Below, piece by piece: positions 51,183-61,148 of a stretch of 64,000 nucleotides of DNA. The DNA is from Smithellaceae bacterium. GTDB lineage: Bacteria; Desulfobacterota; Syntrophia; Syntrophales; Smithellaceae. The DNA is taken from positions 2,336,001-2,400,000 of the forward strand of contig CAXXVL010000002.1 in the NCBI GenBank assembly GCA_963667845.2, in the 5' to 3' direction. Position 1 is the first letter of the stretch, and the number at the start of each line of letters is the position of its first letter. Made by a program: the position numbers and the translations under genes. The notes under the pieces are model-generated. The model ran no database searches, was not told the origin of the DNA, and was given only the letters and a program-made list of their open reading frames with translations.

Positions 51183-51623
51183 ATGGCTGAAAACTTAGCA
51201 AACAAGGAATGGGAACCGAAATTCGTTGCCATTGTCTGCAACTGGTGTACATACGCCGGAGCCGACCTGGCCGGGATCAGCAGAATTCAGTACCCGACCA
51301 ACGTCCGTATCATCCGCGTTCCCTGCACGGGAAGAATAAATCCGTTTTATATCGTGAAAGCCCTGCAGAGCGGAGCCGACGGCGTTCTGGTTTCGGGTTG
51401 ACACCCGGGTGAATGCCACTATATCTCAGGAAATCTGGTGGCGCGCCGCAAGTTTGCGACGTTAAAAAGTTTCCTGAATTACATCGGTGTGGAAGGCGAC
51501 AGAACCATCTTTACCTGGGTTTCTGCCTCCGAAGGTGACAGATGGGCACAGGTCATCAAAGGTGCTACGGAGAAAATAAGGGCACTGGGACCGGCCAAGA
51601 AGATGCTCAAAAAGATTGGTTAG
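51183..51623 (+). CDS. mvhD: MvhD/FlxD [2Fe-2S] subunit, selenocysteine-containing
   Basis: ORFs 51162..51401 and 51438..51623 are in frame across UGA 51399-51401: [17 protein letters not shown]. Confidence 0.93.
51415..51442 (+). promoter_or_regulatory. Putative SECIS hairpin
   Basis: GCCACTA...TGGTGGC stem starting 13 nt after UGA. Confidence 0.6.
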
Positions 51624-51665
51624 TCTGATTAAAGATTATAATAAATAAACGGGGAAATCATCACT

Positions 51666-52676
51666 GTGGAAAACATCGAAACAAAATTGCGCGAAGAAGC
51701 AAAAAGGCTGCTTTTGGAAAAGAAGGCCGACGTGATCATCGGTTATGAAAAAGGCACTCTTCCGTTGACGGCGACGCCGTGTTTCATCACAACGCCGGAA
51801 GAAGCCGACAAGCTGGTCTGGAATAACCTCTGCACGCAGAACCTGGCCAAATTTGTCCATGATCTGGTCACGCAGCATAAGAATTCGCAGAAGCGCGTGA
51901 AACCGGAAGACCGGAAGAAAAAAGTTGTCGGCGTCGTCGCCCGCGGCTGTACCACCCGATCGCTCATCATTCACCTTCAGGAACGGCAGTATGAACGGGC
52001 GGACGTCCTGATCATCGGCGTTCCCTGCGAAGGTTACGTGGATGGCAAAGGTCTGAAAGGTAAGATCGGCGGCGCGGATATCCTGGAAGGGTCCGTTGAA
52101 GGCGGCCAGATTCAAATGAAAACGTCCGACGGCGATAAAACCGTCGCGCTCAAAGACGTTCTGGCGGATTGTTGCGTGACCTGCCGTTTCAACAATCCCA
52201 TCATTTCGGACGTCATGATCGGGTCACCGGCCCCGGCGATGAATCCCGACGCCGAATACAACGACGTCAAAGAATTTGAAGCCAAATCCATTGAAGAACG
52301 CTGGGCCTATTTTGTTAAGGAAATGGCCAAGTGCATGCGCTGTAACGCCTGCCGTCAGGCCTGTCCGTCCTGCTACTGCCCGGTCTGTTTCGTCGAGCAG
52401 AGCCAGCCGCAATGGGTAGGCATCGGCGAAGGCGAATCCGACACGGAGGTCTTCCAGTTCATGCGCCTGTACCATATGGTCGGCCGCTGCGTGGATTGCG
52501 GTTCCTGCGTCTCCGTTTGTCCGATGGGCGTGGACCTGCGCAAGTTCCTCAAGAAGATCGATAAAGATTGTTTCGAATTCTTCGGAAACCGCGCGGGCTC
52601 CGGCATGGAAGACATGCCACCCCTTGGCAAGTATGATGAACAGCACGATAAAGGTGACTTTGTCTATAACCCGTAA
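51666..52676 (+). CDS. FlxC-like 4Fe-4S protein
   Basis: CMRCNACRQACPSCYC, GRCVDCGSCVSVCP. Confidence 0.85.
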   Translation: MENIETKLREEAKRLLLEKKADVIIGYEKGTLPLTATPCFITTPEEADKLVWNNLCTQNLAKFVHDLVTQHKNSQKRVKPEDRKKKVVGVVARGCTTRSLIIHLQERQYERADVLIIGVPCEGYVDGKGLKGKIGGADILEGSVEGGQIQMKTSDGDKTVALKDVLADCCVTCRFNNPIISDVMIGSPAPAMNPDAEYNDVKEFEAKSIEERWAYFVKEMAKCMRCNACRQACPSCYCPVCFVEQSQPQWVGIGEGESDTEVFQFMRLYHMVGRCVDCGSCVSVCPMGVDLRKFLKKIDKDCFEFFGNRAGSGMEDMPPLGKYDEQHDKGDFVYNP

Positions 52677-52699
52677 TTGTTTGAGATGATGGAGTTTAC

Positions 52700-53227
52700 A
52701 TGGAAACTTTTCTGGAAGAAGTAAACAAAAAAATTCATGGTGTGCCGCTGCAGGCTTGTTATCACTGCCGGAAATGCTCGGCCGGCTGCCCGACCGCGCC
52801 GCACATGGAATATAACCCCAACAAGGTTATTAAAATGATTCAAAACGGGCAGAAGGACAAAGTGCTGAACAGTTCCACGATCTGGCTTTGCCTGTCCTGT
52901 GAAACCTGCATCACCCGCTGCCCCAACAAGGTGGATATCGCCCGCATGATGGATGTGCTCCGTCAGATGGCGATTGAGTCCGGTGTCGGTGCTCACGAGG
53001 CGAATGTCCTGAAGTTCCATGAGGCATTCCTGGCCGGTATTAAACGCGGCGGCCGCATCAACGAACCGATGATGCTGGTGCAGTACAAGCTCAAATCCGG
53101 AGATTTCTTCTCGGATATGGGCGCGGGACTGGATATGTTCCTGAAGGGCAAGATTGCTCTGATGTCTCCGAAAACAAAGGACATGAAGTCGGTTAAAAAT
53201 ATTTTTGAGAAAACGCAAAGCAAATGA
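52700..53227 (+). CDS. hdrC: Heterodisulfide reductase subunit C
   Basis: CYHCRKCSAGCP, WLCLSCETCITRCP. Confidence 0.9.
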   Translation: METFLEEVNKKIHGVPLQACYHCRKCSAGCPTAPHMEYNPNKVIKMIQNGQKDKVLNSSTIWLCLSCETCITRCPNKVDIARMMDVLRQMAIESGVGAHEANVLKFHEAFLAGIKRGGRINEPMMLVQYKLKSGDFFSDMGAGLDMFLKGKIALMSPKTKDMKSVKNIFEKTQSK

Positions 53228-53293
53228 TGATAGTGCATTAGGCCGGAAACGGCCGGATGTGCAGAAGTAACAGTATAGAAGGAGGCTACTCTC

Positions 53294-54142
53294 TTGAAAG
53301 TTTCATATTATCCGGGCTGCTCGCTGCACGCGACGGGAAAAGAATATGACCAGTCCATGAAGGCCGTCAGTCGCGCCCTCAACATCGAACTCAAAGAAGT
53401 TGATGATTGGTCCTGCTGCGGGGCGTCATCCGCACACAGCACCAATTTCGATTTGTCCATTGCGCTTTCCGCACGCAACCTGATTGCTGCAGAGAAAGAT
53501 GCGATGGATGTCATGGTGCCCTGCGCCGCCTGCTTCAACCGCTTTAAAATGGCCGAGCATCACTTAAAGGGCGACAAAGACCTCAAGGCAAAAATTGAAG
53601 GCGTTGTCGGCGCCAAGTACCAGGGCGGCATCTCCATTCGCAACCCCATTGATATCATCTACAATGAAATCGGCGTTGATGCGCTGGCCGCGAAAGTGGT
53701 CAAGCCGCTCACGGGGTTGAAGCCGGTTTCGTACTATGGTTGCCTGCTGCTTCGTCCGCCGGACGTCTGCGAGTTTGAAAATTACGAAAACCCCTTCATG
53801 CTCGATAAAATGATGGGAGCCATCGGCGCCGATGTGAAGAACTGGTCCTACAAAACAGATTGCTGCGGCGGGTCGCTGTCCATCAGCAAGAGCGCCATCG
53901 TTGTCGATATGTGCGACAAACTGATGGGTGCCGCCCGGGAGGCCGGAGCCAATTGCGTTGTGACCGCCTGTCCGCTGTGTATGGCCAATCTGGATATGCG
54001 GCCCTCGAGTGGCATGAAGCTCCCGGTCTTCTATTTCACCGAACTGATTTCCCTGGCTTTGGGACTTCCCGGATCGACCGAGACGTTTAAATCGCACCTG
54101 ACGGATCCTCAACTGCTTCTGAATCAGCTCAGGTTGATTTAA
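53294..54142 (+). CDS. hdrB: Heterodisulfide reductase subunit B
   Basis: YYPGC, WSCCG, CAAC; YYGC, CCGG, CPLC (two CCG domains). Confidence 0.93.
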   Translation: MKVSYYPGCSLHATGKEYDQSMKAVSRALNIELKEVDDWSCCGASSAHSTNFDLSIALSARNLIAAEKDAMDVMVPCAACFNRFKMAEHHLKGDKDLKAKIEGVVGAKYQGGISIRNPIDIIYNEIGVDALAAKVVKPLTGLKPVSYYGCLLLRPPDVCEFENYENPFMLDKMMGAIGADVKNWSYKTDCCGGSLSISKSAIVVDMCDKLMGAAREAGANCVVTACPLCMANLDMRPSSGMKLPVFYFTELISLALGLPGSTETFKSHLTDPQLLLNQLRLI

Positions 54143-54212
54143 TAAGTAAGCTGATAAACCCGACGCTTTTGAAGTTGAAAAAGTTGGATAAAAAAATAAA
54201 TTAGGGACAATT

Positions 54213-55235
54213 ATGGAAAAACGTTTGATCAAAAAAGACACACTGGCAGGCATTGCCAAGAAAATGGCCGGAGATATGCTGGTTTGGGCGCCGGTAAAAA
54301 AAGAAGATAACGTTCTTTTTACACCCCTGGAAAATGACGGCGAACCGTTCTTCGCATATTTGAATTCCAAAAACGCGCCGAAAAATGTATTCTTCCCGCA
54401 CACGGAAGCGATGCTGAAATTCACCCGCACACCGAAAGGGATGGAGTTTTCGACGGAAGTAAACGCCTCCGGTGCGTCGGTTCTCTTTGGCGTGCGCCCC
54501 TGCGACGCCCACAGCTTCGCACTTCTGGACAAGCTCTTCGACCAGGAAAAATATAAGGATGCCTATTACGTGGCCAAACGGCAAAATACAACGGTGATCG
54601 CTATCGCCTGCGTGAAACCGCCTTATGCCAGCTGCTTCTGCACGTCGGTCGACGGTGAACCCGTCGGGTCGGAGGGAGCGGATATCCTGCTCACGGATAT
54701 CGGCGGCGACTATCTGGCGGAGTTTTTTACCCCCAAGGGAGAAAAGCTGGCGAAGTATTTTGGAGACGCAAAGGCTGATGCCGCCGCGGAAGCGAAGAAG
54801 AATGAAATTGCGGCGAAAGCGAAAGAAGCCATCAAATCCAAGATTCCGGCTCACGAAGTGAAACCGATCCTGGATAAAAATTTCGACAATCCGTTCTGGA
54901 ATACGATTCACGGAAAGTGTCTGGCCTGCGGGACCTGTACTTACATGTGCCCGACCTGCCATTGCTTTGATATCAGCGACGAAGTTAAAGGGGCCGACGG
55001 TGTGCGTATCCGATCCTGGGACTCCTGCATGTTCCCGATGTTTACCAAAGAGACCTCGGGCCACAACCCGCGTCCCTCGCAGAAAGAAAGATGGCGTCAG
55101 CGCACCATGCACAAATTCAAGTACTATGTGGACAATTTTAATGCAATTGCCTGCGTCGGTTGCGGCCGTTGCGTGATGTCCTGTCCCGTGAACATTGATA
55201 TTCGTAAAGTTGTTGAAGATATTTCAAAATTATAA
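54213..55235 (+). CDS. FlxB/AsrA-like 4Fe-4S protein
   Basis: GVRPCD, CFC, CLACGTCTYMCPTCHC, WDSC, CVGCGRC. Confidence 0.88.
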   Translation: MEKRLIKKDTLAGIAKKMAGDMLVWAPVKKEDNVLFTPLENDGEPFFAYLNSKNAPKNVFFPHTEAMLKFTRTPKGMEFSTEVNASGASVLFGVRPCDAHSFALLDKLFDQEKYKDAYYVAKRQNTTVIAIACVKPPYASCFCTSVDGEPVGSEGADILLTDIGGDYLAEFFTPKGEKLAKYFGDAKADAAAEAKKNEIAAKAKEAIKSKIPAHEVKPILDKNFDNPFWNTIHGKCLACGTCTYMCPTCHCFDISDEVKGADGVRIRSWDSCMFPMFTKETSGHNPRPSQKERWRQRTMHKFKYYVDNFNAIACVGCGRCVMSCPVNIDIRKVVEDISKL

Positions 55236-55250
55236 ATTAGGGAGTTAGTA

Positions 55251-56090
55251 ATGCAAAACCCGTATATACCTTATCCCGTTGTCGTGGATAAAATCATTAC
55301 TGAAGTCGATACCAAAGACATCAAGACGTTCCGTTTCAAGTTTGTCAACCCCGAGGATGAGCAGAAATATGCATACACGCCCGGCCAGTTTGGCGAACTT
55401 TCCATCTACGGCAAGGGTGAATCGCCGATCGGCATCGCTTCGTCGCCGACGCAAAAAGGTTATGTCGAATTCACCGTGCAGAAAGCCGGTGTGGTCACCC
55501 AGGCGCTCCATGAGATGGAAGAAGGCACGATGATGGGACTGCGCGGCCCCCTGGGCAACTCCTGGCCGCTGGAATTCCTGGAAGGGAAGAACGTTGTGAT
55601 CGTTGGCGGCGGTTTCGCTTTCACCACACTGCGGTCTTTGATTAATTATATGATCTTCGGCGACAACCGCAAACGCTTCGGCAACATCACCGTGATTTAC
55701 GGTGCACGAAATCCCGGTTTGCTGCTTTACAAAGATGAACTGATTGAATGGCAGAAGCGCGACGACCTGAACATCAACGTGACCGTCGATAAAGGTGATG
55801 CGACCTGGAAAGGCAAGGAAGGTTTTGTCCCCGCAGTCTGTAAGGAAGTTGCGCCCAGCAAGGAAAACGCCGTGGCCGTTATCTGCGGTCCTCCGGTCAT
55901 GATCCGGTTTACGCTGCCCGTATTCTTCGAACTGGGTTTTTCCAAAGAAAACATCATCACCTCTCTGGAAATGCGCATGAAGTGCGGCATCGGCAAGTGC
56001 GGCCGCTGCAACGTCGGCAGTAAGTATGTCTGCAAGGACGGTCCGGTCTTCTCTCTGGCGGAACTGGATAAGCTTACACCCGAATACTAG
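55251..56090 (+). CDS. flxA: FlxA FAD/NAD-binding [2Fe-2S] subunit
   Basis: PGQF, GESPI, RGPLG, GGG, CGPPVM, MKCGIGKCGRC, CKDGPVF. Confidence 0.9.
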   Translation: MQNPYIPYPVVVDKIITEVDTKDIKTFRFKFVNPEDEQKYAYTPGQFGELSIYGKGESPIGIASSPTQKGYVEFTVQKAGVVTQALHEMEEGTMMGLRGPLGNSWPLEFLEGKNVVIVGGGFAFTTLRSLINYMIFGDNRKRFGNITVIYGARNPGLLLYKDELIEWQKRDDLNINVTVDKGDATWKGKEGFVPAVCKEVAPSKENAVAVICGPPVMIRFTLPVFFELGFSKENIITSLEMRMKCGIGKCGRCNVGSKYVCKDGPVFSLAELDKLTPEY

Positions 56091-56122
56091 AAAAGACCCA
56101 ATTCTTCAAAAATAAATATTTT

Positions 56123-56150
56123 AAGGGAGCCCTTGGGTTCCCTTTTTTTT
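56123..56150 (+). terminator. Intrinsic terminator ending cluster 1
   Basis: AAGGGAGCC-loop-GGTTCCC-T8. Confidence 0.85.
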
Positions 56151-56198
56151 GAAGATTCAGAGAGGCAGCACCGGCGGACTTGCGAGAGAATCAGCAAT

Positions 56199-56291
56199 CT
56201 CGCAGCAAGCTCGCGAGGTATGAAATGAATGTCATTATTTTGCAGCAATCTGCGGAGAATTAACGCTCGTCGGGGCGTGAGCGGGATTAAA
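56199..56291. repeat. ~92-bp palindromic repeat, copy 2
   Basis: Near-identical to 40044..40135. Confidence 0.85.
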
Positions 56292-56373
56292 AAAATTTGA
56301 TGTTTGGTTTTTTATGTGTTAGCAAAAACATAGAATCAGATGTTTCCGATTCAAAAATAACGGGAGAACATGA

Positions 56374-57549
56374 ATGTCACAAACAGTTACGCCGTATCTC
56401 GAGATGTCGCAGGCGATCATGGAGGCCGGGGGCGAAGCGCTGAAGAAGTGCTATCAGTGCGGGACGTGCACCGGGACGTGTCCCTGGACGCCGATTACGC
56501 ATTTTAACATCCGCAAGCTTGTGCGCTTTGGCCAGCTGGGTCTGGATGGTATCGAGGAATTCATGTGGGGGTGCTCCACCTGCAAGTTCTGCGTGGACCG
56601 CTGTCCGCGGGGTGTGGAAATCATCGACGTGGTCACGGCCATTCGCAATGTATACAGCGGCGGGGGCATGCTGCCGCAGAGTCTCAGGGCTTTTGTCGGG
56701 TCGCTCTCCGCGAGAGGCAATCCCTGGTCGGGCGATCAGGACAAGCGCAATGACTGGGCCAAAGGAAAATATCCTCTGTACACACCGGATAAAGAGTATC
56801 TGTTCTGGAGCTGCTGCACGGTCTGTTACGACCCCCGGAACACAAGGCTCGCAAGAGCCACCGCCGAACTGTTGAATGCGTCCGGCTTAAGCTGGGGGAT
56901 GCCGTCCGTTGATGTCAACTGCTGCGGGGAGAGTCTGAAAAAGGTCGGAGACCTGGAGCTCTTTGAAAGGTTGAAGAGCAATAACCTGCAATACTTTAAG
57001 TCGCAGGGTGTTTCGAAAATTATCACGGTGTCGCCGCACTGCCTGGCGTCCTTCAAGAAGGATTACGGCGAGGACTATGAGGTTCTTCACTTCAGTGAAC
57101 TCATGGCGCAGCTTACGAAGGAAGGGAAACTGACCCCGAAGAAAAATTTCGGCGGCGTGAAAGTCACCTATCATGATCCGTGCTATCTGGGCCGGCACAG
57201 CGGCATCTACGATGCACCGCGCGAGGTCCTCCGGTCCCTGCCCGGCGTCGAGTTTGTCGAGATGGGTCGCAGCCGGGAGCAGAGCATGTGCTGCGGCGGC
57301 GGGGGCGGCGGATTGTGGATGGAAAAAGCCAAAGGCGAACGCCTGAGCGATTTACGGATCGAAGAGGCACTGGCCACCGGGGCGTCCATCCTGGCGACGG
57401 CCTGTCCTTATTGTATCACCATGTTTGAAGACAGCGTCAGGACGCTGAATGCTGATGATCAAATCAAAATAAAGGACGTGACGGAGCTTTTCCTCGAAAG
57501 TCTGGAAATCAATATCGATGAACCGGTTGCAGATACATGCGCCGTGTGA
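56374..57549 (+). CDS. HdrD-like Fe-S protein (ferredoxin plus two CCG domains)
   Basis: CYQCGTCTGTCP, CSTCKFCVDRCP, CCG, YHDPCYLGR, CCGGGGG, TACPYC. Confidence 0.9.
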   Translation: MSQTVTPYLEMSQAIMEAGGEALKKCYQCGTCTGTCPWTPITHFNIRKLVRFGQLGLDGIEEFMWGCSTCKFCVDRCPRGVEIIDVVTAIRNVYSGGGMLPQSLRAFVGSLSARGNPWSGDQDKRNDWAKGKYPLYTPDKEYLFWSCCTVCYDPRNTRLARATAELLNASGLSWGMPSVDVNCCGESLKKVGDLELFERLKSNNLQYFKSQGVSKIITVSPHCLASFKKDYGEDYEVLHFSELMAQLTKEGKLTPKKNFGGVKVTYHDPCYLGRHSGIYDAPREVLRSLPGVEFVEMGRSREQSMCCGGGGGGLWMEKAKGERLSDLRIEEALATGASILATACPYCITMFEDSVRTLNADDQIKIKDVTELFLESLEINIDEPVADTCAV

Positions 57550-57623
57550 GTTTACGGGTCACCTCCGGTGAATACGGAAAAGCAGTCAGGGTGATTCCGA
57601 AGTAAAAAGAGTTAGGAGAGTGT

Positions 57624-59573
57624 ATGAGCAGAATTGGTGTTTTTGTTTGCCACTGCGGTTTGAATATAGCCAAGACGGTTCGGGTGAGCGAACTGGCGCA
57701 GTTTGCGGCGACTCTGCCGGATGTCGTGGTCGCCAAGGACTACAAGTTCATGTGTTCCACGCCCGGGCAGGAAATGATTGCCAATGATATTAAACAATAT
57801 AAACTGGACCGCATCATCGTAACCGCCTGTTCGCCCCTGATGCATGAACAGACGTTCCGCAAGGTTCTGGCGGCCTCCGGCCTCAATCAGTATCTTTTGA
57901 CGATCGTCAATATCCGTGAGCAGGTTTCCTGGGTGACGCATGACATTGAAGAGGGTACAGCCAAGGCCAAGGCGCTTTTAAACGGTGCCGTCTACCGGGC
58001 GAGGCTCCTGCAGCCGCTCACCTCGCGCGTGATTGACGTCAATCCCGATGTGATGGTGGTCGGAGCCGGCATCGCCGGCATCCAGGCGGCCCTCGAGCTC
58101 GCCAATACCGGCAAGAAGGTTTATCTGGTCGAAAAGAACTCGACCATCGGCGGCCACATGGCGCAGTTTGACAAAACATTTCCGACGCTGGATTGCTCCG
58201 CCTGTATTCTGACGCCCAAGATGGATTCCGTGCTGCAGCATAAAAATATCACCATGATGACGTCCTGCGAAGTGAGCGAAGTCAAGGGATTTGTCGGCAA
58301 CTTCGATATTACGATCAAACAGAAGGCGCGCTACGTGGATCACAGCAAATGTAACGCCTGTCTGGCCTGTACGGAAAAATGCCCCGGCAAAGGCGTTTCC
58401 GAATGGGATGAGAACTTAGTCAAGCGCAAGGCCATCTACATTCCTTTCCCGCAGGCCGTGCCGCAAAAACCAGTGATCGACCGCGAGGCCTGCACCTTCT
58501 TTAAGAAAGGCAAATGCCGGCTGTGCGAAAAAGTCTGCGAACAGAAGGCCATTGATTTTGAACAGCAGGACACCTTTACCACGGTAAAAGTCGGAGCGGT
58601 GATCGTGGCGACAGGCTATGACCTGATGGACACGAAACCGCTGGTTCAATACGGTTACGGTAAATATCCCGGCGTGTATAACGCGCTGGAAGTGGAGAGG
58701 CTCTTCAACTCCGCGGGTCCGACCGGCGGCAAAGTCACGATGCGCGACGGCAAGGAGCCCCAGGCCATCGCCATCCTGCACTGCATCGGCAGCCGGGACA
58801 AAAATAACTATGAACACTGCAGCCGCGTGTGCTGCATGTATTCTCTCAAGTTCGCGCACCTGTTCAAGGAAAAGACCTCGGCCGACGTTTATCAGTTCTA
58901 TATCGACATGCGGGCCGCGGGCAAGGGCTATGAAGAATTTTACAACCGCATCATCGAAGAGGATGTGAAATTCATCCGCGGCAAGGGCGCGCGGGTGGCC
59001 GAGAGCGCCGATGAACCGGGGCGTCTGATTGTCGAAGCGGAAGATACGATTACCGGGAAATTCATCAAACTGCCGGTGGACATGGTGGTCCTGTCGCCGG
59101 CCATGAAGCCGCGCGCGGATTCCAAAGACCTCGCGAGGCTTTTTAATCTGAGCACCGACAAGTACGGCTTCTTCATGGAACGCCATCCGAAGCTGGCGCC
59201 GCTGTCCACGATGACCGAAGGCATCTTTATCGCCGGCGTCTGCCAGAGTCCGAAGGACATCCCGGACACGGTGGCGCAGGCCAACGGTGCGGCGGCGGAA
59301 GCTCTGACAATCGTGGTCAAGGACAGAATGGAACTGGAAGCAACCACGGCGATGGTGAACCCCGCATCGTGCTCGGGATGTCAGAACTGTGTGCGTGTCT
59401 GTCCCTATGGCGCTCCGTCCTATAATGTCGAGAAGCGGGTTTCCGAGATTAACGAAGCCTTATGCAAGGGCTGCGGTCTTTGCGCTTCCGTCTGTCCGTC
59501 GTCGGCGATTATCGCGAGACACTTCACGAATGACCAGGTTCTGGCAGAAATGGAAGGCCTCATGGAGTTCTAG
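57624..59573 (+). CDS. hdrA: Heterodisulfide reductase subunit A
   Basis: [41 protein letters not shown]-terminal ferredoxin. Confidence 0.95.
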   Translation: MSRIGVFVCHCGLNIAKTVRVSELAQFAATLPDVVVAKDYKFMCSTPGQEMIANDIKQYKLDRIIVTACSPLMHEQTFRKVLAASGLNQYLLTIVNIREQVSWVTHDIEEGTAKAKALLNGAVYRARLLQPLTSRVIDVNPDVMVVGAGIAGIQAALELANTGKKVYLVEKNSTIGGHMAQFDKTFPTLDCSACILTPKMDSVLQHKNITMMTSCEVSEVKGFVGNFDITIKQKARYVDHSKCNACLACTEKCPGKGVSEWDENLVKRKAIYIPFPQAVPQKPVIDREACTFFKKGKCRLCEKVCEQKAIDFEQQDTFTTVKVGAVIVATGYDLMDTKPLVQYGYGKYPGVYNALEVERLFNSAGPTGGKVTMRDGKEPQAIAILHCIGSRDKNNYEHCSRVCCMYSLKFAHLFKEKTSADVYQFYIDMRAAGKGYEEFYNRIIEEDVKFIRGKGARVAESADEPGRLIVEAEDTITGKFIKLPVDMVVLSPAMKPRADSKDLARLFNLSTDKYGFFMERHPKLAPLSTMTEGIFIAGVCQSPKDIPDTVAQANGAAAEALTIVVKDRMELEATTAMVNPASCSGCQNCVRVCPYGAPSYNVEKRVSEINEALCKGCGLCASVCPSSAIIARHFTNDQVLAEMEGLMEF

Positions 59574-59575
59574 CG

Positions 59576-59696
59576 ATGACGCCATCAAACGCCCACATGC
59601 GGCGTTGCGCTCCGTTCGCGTCGCTGCGGCCTACGAAAAGCAGGCCTCACTTCGCGATACTCGCGCGCCTTGCCTCTGGACGTTTTATGACGTCAT
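59576..59696. repeat. ~120-bp palindromic element after hdrA stop
   Basis: ATGACG...CGTCAT ends; core GCTGCGGCCTAC..AGGCCTCAC...GCGCGCCTTGCCTCTGGA. Confidence 0.8.
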
Positions 59697-59713
59697 AAAA
59701 AATGTAAGAAAAT

Positions 59714-59788
59714 TGTCATTGCGAGCAGCCCCTTGGGCTGCGTGGCAATCTGAGACCGTGAGATTGCTTCGCTTCGTTTGCAGAGACA
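59714..59788. repeat. REP-like palindrome (GTCATTGCGAG...GCAATCT...GAGATTGCTTCG type)
   Basis: Recognisable doublet motif, degenerate right end. Confidence 0.6.
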
Positions 59789-59834
59789 AAAATAGTGATG
59801 GACGTTAAAGAGTTTTGCAGAAAGGATAATTTTC

Positions 59835-60251
59835 ATGTCATTTGAACCGAAAATACTGGGCATTGCCTGCAACTGGTGCACTTACACCGGCGCGGACCTG
59901 GCGGGGACGACGAGACTGCAGTATCCGCAGAACCTGCGTGTGGTGCGGGTCATGTGCTCGAGCCGCATTAATCCTTCGTTTATTTTCCGGGCGTTTCAAC
60001 TGGGCGCCGACGGCGTGCTGGTCGGCGGCTGCCATCCGGGGGATTGCCATTACAACACGGGTAATCTTTATGCGAGAAGACGGCTGGCCGTGACCAAGCG
60101 GATTCTGGAGTTTTCCGGCATGGAGCCGGGGCGGTTCCGGGTCGAGTGGATCTCCGCATCCGAGGGCAACAAGTTTGCCGAAGTCGTGACCGAATTTACC
60201 GAGCAGATCAAAAAACTGGGCCCCCAGACCAAGTTCAAGATTTCGCAATAA
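59835..60251 (+). CDS. mvhD: MvhD/FlxD [2Fe-2S] subunit, cysteine form
   Basis: [32 protein letters not shown]. Confidence 0.93.
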   Translation: MSFEPKILGIACNWCTYTGADLAGTTRLQYPQNLRVVRVMCSSRINPSFIFRAFQLGADGVLVGGCHPGDCHYNTGNLYARRRLAVTKRILEFSGMEPGRFRVEWISASEGNKFAEVVTEFTEQIKKLGPQTKFKISQ

Positions 60252-60264
60252 GTTGGGAGAGGAT

Positions 60265-61131
60265 ATGGCAATCAGCTTTGAACACATTGAAGAAAAATTA
60301 AAGACCGAGGCCCTGCGGCTTCTGACGGAAGGGACCGTGAGCATTGTCCTGGCCTACGGCAAAGGGTATGACGAGAACCATCCCATGCCCTATGTCGCCA
60401 AAACCCCGGCCGACGCGGAGAATATCGTCTTTAACGAATACTGCACCTACAACATGGCCCGCTACCTGGTCCGCTACCCGCGGGGGACGAAGATCGCCGT
60501 TGCGGTGAAGGCGGCGGACAGCCGCGCCGTGATCCAGCTTATCCAGGAAGAGAAGGTCTGCCGCGAAGACCTGGTGGTGCTGGGCATTCCCGTTTACGGG
60601 ATGAAAAACCCCCGGACGCAAGAAGCCATCGACAGCAAAACCACCTGCGGCCTCTATAATCCGGTCCTGTATGATATTCTGCTTGGTGAAGAAGTGCACG
60701 GGCAGCCGGTCGTTTCGCCGTATGACGTGCTTGCCGAGTATGAAGCGATGGACCCCGAGGCGCGCTTTGCCTTCTGGAAAAAGGAATTTGATCGCTGCAT
60801 CCGCTGTTATGCCTGCCGCAAGGCCTGCCCGATGTGCTATTGCGATCCGTGCTTTATTGATCAGAACAAACCCAAGTGGGGCGACAAGTCGCCGCAGTCC
60901 CACGGCAATCTGATGTATCACCTGACCCGGTTTCATCATCTGGCCGGCCGGTGCATCGACTGCGGCGAATGCTCACGCGCGTGCCCGGTGGATATCCCGC
61001 TGTATCTGTTCCACAAGAAGGTGGCCAAGGAGTGCGAGGAAATGTTCGGCCAGGCCGCCGGCATGAAGATCGAGGATAAGCCTGTGCTGGTGAATTTCCG
61101 GGTGGACGATTCCGATAAAATTTTGGAGTGA
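60265..61131 (+). CDS. FlxC-like 4Fe-4S protein
   Basis: CIRCYACRKACPMCYC, AGRCIDCGECSRACP. Confidence 0.85.
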   Translation: MAISFEHIEEKLKTEALRLLTEGTVSIVLAYGKGYDENHPMPYVAKTPADAENIVFNEYCTYNMARYLVRYPRGTKIAVAVKAADSRAVIQLIQEEKVCREDLVVLGIPVYGMKNPRTQEAIDSKTTCGLYNPVLYDILLGEEVHGQPVVSPYDVLAEYEAMDPEARFAFWKKEFDRCIRCYACRKACPMCYCDPCFIDQNKPKWGDKSPQSHGNLMYHLTRFHHLAGRCIDCGECSRACPVDIPLYLFHKKVAKECEEMFGQAAGMKIEDKPVLVNFRVDDSDKILE

Positions 61132-61148
61132 TAATAAGGAGCTCTCTC

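Noticed and set aside
51162..51623. mvhD as a split pseudogene
   Set aside because: The single stop is an in-frame UGA at a conserved Cys ligand with a downstream hairpin, better explained as selenocysteine
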